Under the pieces are notes generated by a model. It searched no databases and was not told the DNA's origin. It saw nothing but the letters and a program-made list of their open reading frames with translations. Shown here in pieces: positions 26,420-32,000 of a stretch of DNA of 32,000 nucleotides. Origin of the DNA: Fibrobacter succinogenes subsp. succinogenes S85 (GTDB lineage Bacteria; Fibrobacterota; Fibrobacteria; Fibrobacterales; Fibrobacteraceae); contig NC_017448.1 in NCBI RefSeq assembly GCF_000146505.1, forward strand, positions 2,700,001 through 2,732,000, written 5' to 3'. Every line of letters begins with the position of its first letter. Within the stretch, counting starts at the first letter, position 1. The translations under genes and the position numbers were made by a program.

Positions 26420-27133
26420 TTATGCGGCCATGAGCAGGCGGCAATCATATTCAAGCCCGCTGTTGATCAACTTCATCATGATGCTGTTCTTGACGTTTTT
26501 CATGTTGGCGCGTTCGCACCCGATGCGCCTGGCAGCTTCGGCGTCGGAGTATTCACCCGAAAGGCAGAGTTCGTACATGACGTCAAATCTATGGAGCACC
26601 TTGGGGTCGTCTGCAAGGCTTTCCCTGATGCGGGCGATGGAATCTTCTTTTTCAGTGTCGCATTCCTGAAAATTGCGTTCCCCGGTGAAGGGGTTCACGT
26701 CGCAATTGTCGATGAGTGAATGCGAATCTTCTTCGTCATCGCTGTACTTTGCGTTCTTTTCAAGCTCCTCGTGCTTGCTGCGCTTGGCGTTTTTGCGCTT
26801 TTCGTCGCGCAGGCGCCATCCCCCGATTTTGGCAAAGTAGGCTTCAAAGGGAACCTTCTTGCTCGGCTCATAATCCTTGACGGCCTTGCGGAACAGCATG
26901 TAGGCGTAGCCTGCCAGGCTATTGCGGCGTTCCTTGGGGGTGCATCCGTTGAGGCTGAAGTCGGAGTCCATCAGGTACGACTTCTTGGCTACTGTGGCGG
27001 TGAACTCGTCCCCGTAAATTTCCCAAAGGTCGTGTATTGCCTTTTCGGAGGCTTTTGCGGTCGGGGCTGTCTGGGCAATCGCGATGAGGTTGCAGATTTG
27101 GGTGGTGGTTGCTTGGGGGTGGTTTTGACGCAT
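26420..27133 (-). CDS. Sigma-70-family-like regulator, paralogue 2
   Basis: It is collinear with 23640-24350 (ICNLIAIAQTAP, SDFSLNGCTPKER, KVPFEAYFAK, ending CRLLMAA in both). SD aaggagg is upstream. Confidence 0.5.
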   Translation of the reverse strand: MRQNHPQATTTQICNLIAIAQTAPTAKASEKAIHDLWEIYGDEFTATVAKKSYLMDSDFSLNGCTPKERRNSLAGYAYMLFRKAVKDYEPSKKVPFEAYFAKIGGWRLRDEKRKNAKRSKHEELEKNAKYSDDEEDSHSLIDNCDVNPFTGERNFQECDTEKEDSIARIRESLADDPKVLHRFDVMYELCLSGEYSDAEAARRIGCERANMKNVKNSIMMKLINSGLEYDCRLLMAA

Positions 27134-27195
27134 GTGCGTCCTCCTTTTTGGGGTGTTTGCCCGTCGGCGGGCGGTTTCAGCCGAAAAAACAAAAA

Positions 27196-27238
27196 AGAGC
27201 CCCTTGATTTAAAAAAATATTTTAAATCAAAAGGCTCT
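27196..27238 (-). promoter_or_regulatory. Long AT-rich palindrome (agagcc..ttgatttaaa-N7-tttaaatcaa..ggctct) in the leader of paralogue 2; on the minus strand it is followed by a U-run, so it is terminator- or attenuator-shaped
   Basis: 10-bp inner arms plus 6-bp outer arms. The minus strand continues UUUUUUGUUUUUU, and the element lies about 60-105 nt upstream of the ATG at 27133. Confidence 0.5.
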
Positions 27239-27345
27239 TAAAGTCTTTCTATGTCAATCTTTACTACAAAATATTATAAGCTGTCTAGTGGTAACTAGAT
27301 ATTGCGTCCCTTAGGGCGGCGCGGTGCCAAAGAAATAAATGCCAA

Positions 27346-27378
27346 AAATCTTAATCATTCTCATGTTCCTAAATATAG
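27346..27378 (-). promoter_or_regulatory. Second copy of the conserved 33-nt box (minus strand CTATATTTAGGAACATGAGAATGATTAAGATTT)
   Basis: It is preceded on the minus strand by the hairpin ccgaatgtca-aaagc-tgacattcgg (27384-27408), the same arrangement as at 24537-24594. Confidence 0.6.
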
Positions 27379-27457
27379 CATCCCCGAATGTCAAAAGCTG
27401 ACATTCGGCGTGTTTCTTTAATTTTTTTTTAAAATGTCCGTTTTGGGGATGGCGGAA

Positions 27458-27769
27458 TTACCAGTCCTCTTCTCCGTTTTCCCAGTCCTCCTCAACGTCT
27501 GATTTCGGGATCTCAATTTCGCTGAGGAGCTTGCCTTTGGTAGCCTTGATGAAAGCTTCAACATCATCCCAATCGGCGCGCATCACGTAGATCAGGTAAC
27601 GCAAGCCTTCGTAGCATTCAATGCCCTTGTGGTTCTCAAAGAAATCGGCGTAGCTTTCGCCTTCGTACAGTGTGGCTTTGTTCTGCAGATCGCATAGGTC
27701 GCTTTCGTGTTCGTCCTGGTTTACAAACCAGTCAAATACGGATGCCTTAGTCTTGTAGAATGCAGGCAT
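27458..27769 (-). CDS. Small acidic hypothetical protein (103 aa, C-terminus DVEEDWENGEEDW)
   Basis: An ORF with protein-like composition. It overlaps the preceding ORF by 49 nt. No family recognised. Confidence 0.4.
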   Translation of the reverse strand: MPAFYKTKASVFDWFVNQDEHESDLCDLQNKATLYEGESYADFFENHKGIECYEGLRYLIYVMRADWDDVEAFIKATKGKLLSEIEIPKSDVEEDWENGEEDW

Positions 27770-27921
27770 GCCTCGACCTCTGCAAGGGTGTAGAAAATAG
27801 GCTTCCCTTTTGCAGTTTGGGGCTGCAGTTCCAATTCGGCAACGAGGAATCCTGGCTCTGGGCCTCCGCTTAACACTTCTACGCGGGCGTTTACGATTTT
27901 GTACTGCTTTTCCTTCGGCAT
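27721..27921 (-). CDS. Small hypothetical protein (66 aa)
   Basis: An ORF with gagtc/aggag-like sequence upstream. It may be the N-terminal part of a frameshifted single gene with 27458-27769. Confidence 0.35.
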   Translation of the reverse strand: MPKEKQYKIVNARVEVLSGGPEPGFLVAELELQPQTAKGKPIFYTLAEVEACLHSTRLRHPYLTGL

Positions 27922-28043
27922 AGAGACTCCTTGTTGAGTTGTTCTATAGATATATCGTATTCTAATTTGAAAATGTTAACTAGAAAAGTGATTTTTTTAT
28001 CACTATATTTAATACCGAAAAAAACTGAAAAGGGGAGCAATGT

Positions 28044-29174
28044 ATGATTGCAAAAATTTTTGCGGTTGGTTCTGTGGCGGCGATGTTCTTGGCTGGCTGC
28101 TGCGATAAGCGGGCATCTTGTGAAGACTGTTCCAAATATGAAGATAAGTCCGCGGCGGTCCAGACTGCGACTGTCCCGGCGGAATCTCAACAGGCTGCGG
28201 AGTCTCGCGCGCTTCCCGAGAGACCTCAGGAATCTCTTTTGCTCTGGAACGATCACGCTCCTGCGAAAGATTCTCTTGAAGCGTTTGTGCGTGCAACGAC
28301 GGATTCAACCTCGCCAGATTTTATTCCGGCAGAACGCCGTATAGCTGTTTTCGATTGGGATGGCACGCTCTTCCTTGAGACCGCTCCGACGTATTTTGAC
28401 TGGATGCTTTTTGAGCATCGCGTTCTTGACGATTCCACTTACAAGCCTTCGAAAAAGCAGTTGAAGGCGGCACGCGATGGCCGCGAAAAGAGAATTTTCC
28501 CGGGGCTGAGCGCAGAGCGCGAACGCATGGTGGCCGAGGCTTACAAGGGCATGACGCTTTCGGAATTTGAAGCGTACGTCCGTGCGTTTATGCAAGAACC
28601 GCAGCCGGGCTTTACGGGACTCAAGCGTGGCGAGGCTTATTACAAGCCTATGGTTGAAGTGGTGAAATTCTTGACTGCGAATGGCTTCACGGTTTACGTG
28701 AGCAGCGGTACGGAACGCTATACAATGCGCCCGGTCGTTGTTGACGGTCTCGGTCTCCCGCCCAAACAAATTATCGGTTCCGATGTGGTCGTAGTGTTGA
28801 GCAACCAAAAAGGTGCGGACGGCCTTGCGTACACGTTCCAGAACGGCGACAATCTTGTGCTAGCGGGGCAGAGCATTATCAAGAATTTGCAGACGAATAA
28901 GGTGACGACTCTCGCGAGCGAAATCGGCTACCAGCCGGTACTCGCTTTTGGCAACAGCGGCACGGATGCAAGCCTCTTGAATTATGCCATTTCCAACAAC
29001 AAGTACAGATCAATGGGCTTCATGTTGCTTTGCGATGACTTGGAACGCGAATATGGCAACGAGGCGAAAGCCGAAAAAATGCGCGCTGCAAGTGAAAAGA
29101 ACGGATGGATTCCGGTGTCCATGAAAAACGACTGGAAGACTATCTACGGGGAAGGTGTCCAGAAGGCAAAATAA
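28044..29174 (+). CDS. HAD-superfamily hydrolase, probable lipoprotein
   Basis: The signal peptide ends in a lipobox-like FLAGCC. HAD motif I is VFDWDGTLF, and later motifs include VSSGTERY and GNSGTDASL. Confidence 0.7.
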   Translation: MIAKIFAVGSVAAMFLAGCCDKRASCEDCSKYEDKSAAVQTATVPAESQQAAESRALPERPQESLLLWNDHAPAKDSLEAFVRATTDSTSPDFIPAERRIAVFDWDGTLFLETAPTYFDWMLFEHRVLDDSTYKPSKKQLKAARDGREKRIFPGLSAERERMVAEAYKGMTLSEFEAYVRAFMQEPQPGFTGLKRGEAYYKPMVEVVKFLTANGFTVYVSSGTERYTMRPVVVDGLGLPPKQIIGSDVVVVLSNQKGADGLAYTFQNGDNLVLAGQSIIKNLQTNKVTTLASEIGYQPVLAFGNSGTDASLLNYAISNNKYRSMGFMLLCDDLEREYGNEAKAEKMRAASEKNGWIPVSMKNDWKTIYGEGVQKAK

Positions 29175-29199
29175 AATGCGCAGCGGGCGCCGCGCATTT
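29174..29199 (+). terminator. Terminator-like GC hairpin after the HAD gene
   Basis: aaatgcgc...gcgcattt inverted repeat starting at the stop codon, with a weak T-tract. Confidence 0.35.
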
Positions 29200-29344
29200 C
29201 GCTTTCTGTATTGTCATCCCGGATTCCATGTCACCCCGGATTTGTACAAGTACAAAGCCCTTTGGCTCAGCTATGAAAATGCAAGCATTTTCGCAGCGTT
29301 CGCCTTGGTTGCTTTTATTCCGGGACGGGATCACCTTTTTTGAT

Positions 29345-31261
29345 TTATTTCACCATCTCCACGTAAATTCCTTTAGGCAGGTCGGGCATTTCGCCCGACT
29401 CTGTTCTTTTACCGACGGGCTTCCCGAGCGCGTTGAAAATCATGTTTCCGGGCTTGCCGCGTTTTGAACTGCGGATATTTGAAATCCTCGTCGTCTTTTG
29501 CTGTATCGTGACCGTGATTTCAAAAGTGACCTGCTTGTTTTCGTAAACAACCGCTTGTCGTACGGTGAACGAATCTCCGGCCTTGACCTTGTTCGGCATG
29601 TGTCCGATTCTCGTGGTCATTGTCGTAAGATCGGCGTTGGAATAGACAATGCTCGTTCCGTTCGGATCCCAGGCAACGATTTTTCCGTCCTTGTCAAACC
29701 AGTGTCCGGTCCCTTCGCCGGTGGTGCGGCTGTTGAGCGTTCCATCGGGCTCTACACCGTAGAATTTGACTTTATCTGCGATTTCGCTTTTCTTGATGCC
29801 CAGGATTTTCGCTACGTCATCGCCTTTCAAATCAAGCGTGACGTATGCATAATTGTCGTCTATCGGGAGCGTCACCTCAAATGCGATTTTCTCTCTTTTC
29901 ATTTCAACGGCGCTGCTTGAACTTTCGGGCTTCGGCGCACTTGATGAACTTGAAACGACTGGCGCGCTTGATGAACTCAACGAACACTCCCCGCCGATGC
30001 AGAACGTGAGCGTTTCTCCGGGCGTTCCGATATCCGTGATTTTTAGCCCCGTTTTTGTTCCGCTATACCAAGTGATTGCAGGGTAGGTTTCGTCCGAAAA
30101 TTCTGGGTAAGTCCCGCTTTTGAAGAATGCATCTGCGGTACTACCGGGATTTGGCCATTGGTCTTTGTCGCCGCTGAGGGACGGTTCTGTGTGATTGGCA
30201 CGGACAATTCTCAATCCGAGTTTATTCGAAGCAGTATTGCCTTCTATAGAGAAGTCGTAATGCTGCATCAAGAGCCCGCTTCCCCTAAGAACTTTGTTGC
30301 GGCCTGTGTTCCGTACGTATGACCACACCAAACCTTCTTGATTTGGCCTTGCGGGGTTCTTGTAGCGGTAGCACACTTCGCCGGGCTTTGTGGTTTCGAG
30401 GCTCACGTCTTCGCTAGTCACATCTACGAACGGAATCCAGCCTTGGTCTGCACGGTAAAAGTCGTTTATCGCCACAGGATTTATGTCGTTAGGTCTGTTG
30501 CCCATGGTGCAGTAATCGCCGTACCAATAAAGGTCTGGCCAACCGAAAATCATGTGCCCGCTTTCGTGCACAAAGACGTAGAGACCGAATGTGCCTGGCA
30601 TGTCCGTCATTTGGTGGTGCGTGAGTCTAACGCCATCGCGCTTTTCGTTGGACCATCCGGCATGTGGCCAGAGACCTCGCTCTCGGACTTCGCCGGCACC
30701 GGCGTAAACAATATTGATCGCTTCGGTTGTTCCGTCCTTGTCGTTGTCATAACGCGAATAATCCACCATCGCGTCGAAATACGCAAAAACCTCTTTCATC
30801 AGGGAATCAGAACCCGTGTATCCCGGCAAGCTTTCGTACCAGGACTTGGGATGCTTGGCACGGTACCAGCCGAAAACTTCGTTGGTGAGGTCAAGTTGTC
30901 CGTTTGAAACATCCAGATAGTAGTCGCGGACGGAACCGTTACAGCCGTTCCTGTTAAACCCTTCCTTGTTCAGCCAGTCTTCGATTTCGCTCTTCGTGAC
31001 AGGGGCGGCCTTATCCGAGAAGTCAACGAGCAGCGTTAGGCTGTAAATTTTGCCCTTGGGGGCGGCATAATGGCTTTGAGTTTGTGTTGCTGCCGTCCTT
31101 GCCAAAACAAAGCTAGGCCTAGCTCCGGATCCGTTAAATGTCGGCCGGGCCTCTTCGGGCCACTCCTGGACCCTTTTCCCTTTATACACGATGTCGGCAA
31201 AAAGCATCGTCGGGAGCAACAATAGCCCCATTAATAAGCCGAATGCAATTTTGGTTTTCAT
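29345..31261 (-). CDS. Secreted M6-family (immune inhibitor A-like) metalloprotease domain protein
   Basis: Signal peptide MKTKIAFGLLMGLLLLPTMLFA, TLLVDFSD...DYYLDVSNGQ, a zinc site VHESGHMIFGWPDLY, a Ser-rich linker SSSSAPVVSSSSSAPKPESSSSA, and a C-terminal roughly 190-aa domain ending LPKGIYVEMVK. Confidence 0.75.
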   Translation of the reverse strand: MKTKIAFGLLMGLLLLPTMLFADIVYKGKRVQEWPEEARPTFNGSGARPSFVLARTAATQTQSHYAAPKGKIYSLTLLVDFSDKAAPVTKSEIEDWLNKEGFNRNGCNGSVRDYYLDVSNGQLDLTNEVFGWYRAKHPKSWYESLPGYTGSDSLMKEVFAYFDAMVDYSRYDNDKDGTTEAINIVYAGAGEVRERGLWPHAGWSNEKRDGVRLTHHQMTDMPGTFGLYVFVHESGHMIFGWPDLYWYGDYCTMGNRPNDINPVAINDFYRADQGWIPFVDVTSEDVSLETTKPGEVCYRYKNPARPNQEGLVWSYVRNTGRNKVLRGSGLLMQHYDFSIEGNTASNKLGLRIVRANHTEPSLSGDKDQWPNPGSTADAFFKSGTYPEFSDETYPAITWYSGTKTGLKITDIGTPGETLTFCIGGECSLSSSSAPVVSSSSSAPKPESSSSAVEMKREKIAFEVTLPIDDNYAYVTLDLKGDDVAKILGIKKSEIADKVKFYGVEPDGTLNSRTTGEGTGHWFDKDGKIVAWDPNGTSIVYSNADLTTMTTRIGHMPNKVKAGDSFTVRQAVVYENKQVTFEITVTIQQKTTRISNIRSSKRGKPGNMIFNALGKPVGKRTESGEMPDLPKGIYVEMVK

Positions 31262-31476
31262 AAAACATCCCTTTCCCTTTAATCCATTTTTAGAAATACA
31301 TTAATTTTCGGCAAGAAGGCGTTTCGTATGAAAAAAGCAAGGACTATTCATTTTACCCATAGCCTATTTTTATTACATTTCCTCCGAATGTAAACATTAA
31401 CCATAGGATGTTACTAGGGAGCCTTCGATTTCTTTTCGCTGTCTACTTCTAACTTCCTACTTCCTACTAAATAAAT

Positions 31477-32000
31477 ATGTCCAAATTCAAACGTATTCTT
31501 CTCAAGCTCAGTGGCGAAGCCCTCGCAGGCGAAAAGGGCCACGGCATCGACAACCAGATTCTTTCTGACATGGCCTCCGAAATTGCATCCATCGTCAAGC
31601 AGGGCGTGCAAGTCGCTCTCGTGATTGGCGGCGGCAACCTCGTTCGCGGCATTTCTGCTTCTGCTGGCGGCATGAACCGCGCCCAGGGCGATGCCATGGG
31701 CATGCTCGGCACCGTGATGAACGGCCTTGCCATGCAGGACGCTCTTGACAAGCAGGGCATTGACTCTGTGGTGATGTCCGCTATCCGCATGGAACCGGTC
31801 TGCGAATTCTTCGTCCGCCGCAAGGCTCTCAAGCTTTTGTCCGCGGGCTCCGTGGTTATCTTCTCCGCTGGTACGGGTAACCCGTTCTTCACGACGGACA
31901 GCTGCGCCGCTCTCCGTGCTATCGAAAGCGAATGCGATGTCATCATGAAGGCTACCAAGGTCGACGGCATCTACACCGCAGACCCGGTCAAGGACCCGAC
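31477..32000 (+). CDS. pyrH: UMP kinase (5' part, runs off the right edge)
   Basis: My own translation from the ATG at 31477 reads [25 protein letters not shown]...[13 protein letters not shown]...[19 protein letters not shown]...[13 protein letters not shown], the canonical PyrH sequence. The track lists only the antisense shadow ORF. Confidence 0.93.
   Translation, partial: MSKFKRILLKLSGEALAGEKGHGIDNQILSDMASEIASIVKQGVQVALVIGGGNLVRGISASAGGMNRAQGDAMGMLGTVMNGLAMQDALDKQGIDSVVMSAIRMEPVCEFFVRRKALKLLSAGSVVIFSAGTGNPFFTTDSCAALRAIESECDVIMKATKVDGIYTADPVKDP

Noticed and set aside
31467-31970. 167-aa minus-strand ORF at the right edge
   Set aside because: It is a shadow of pyrH. The plus frame from 31477 translates to canonical UMP kinase.

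Overview
All calls come from reading the sequence and ORF track by eye. No searches were run, so family names are motif-level recognitions. The window looks like a Fibrobacter-type chromosome, because it contains a FISUMP paralogous-domain protein. Housekeeping genes lie at both ends: glnK-amtB behind a consensus sigma-54 promoter, pyrG, a DNA alkylation repair protein and an alpha/beta hydrolase on the left; a HAD lipoprotein, an M6 metalloprotease and pyrH on the right. Between about 5.9 and 20.9 kb is a visibly AT-richer accessory block with two terminator-separated units. Unit 1 (6100-15084) is a tightly coupled four-gene restriction-type operon: Z1-domain P-loop ATPase, PD-(D/E)xK protein, beta-class amino-methyltransferase (Type III Mod-like) and SF2 Res-like helicase-nuclease. 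Unit 2 (15284-20789) is the most interesting part and I cannot match it to any named system. It encodes a soluble FtsK/SpoIIIE-like ATPase fused to a degenerate Hanks-kinase-like domain, a short Hsp70/DnaK-family ATPase with an in-frame TGA before an Hsp70-like tail, and two tandem GrpE-like paralogues, with no J-domain protein. Downstream (20.9-27.9 kb) are two toxin-antitoxin pairs (RelB/PIN and DUF4258/BrnA-like) and an HExxH membrane protein, bracketed by a roughly 60-bp direct repeat. After these come two paralogous sigma-70-like regulators with a shared upstream architecture, flanking a FISUMP protein and a hypothetical gene. I saw no integrase, transposase, tRNA, rRNA or CRISPR array.
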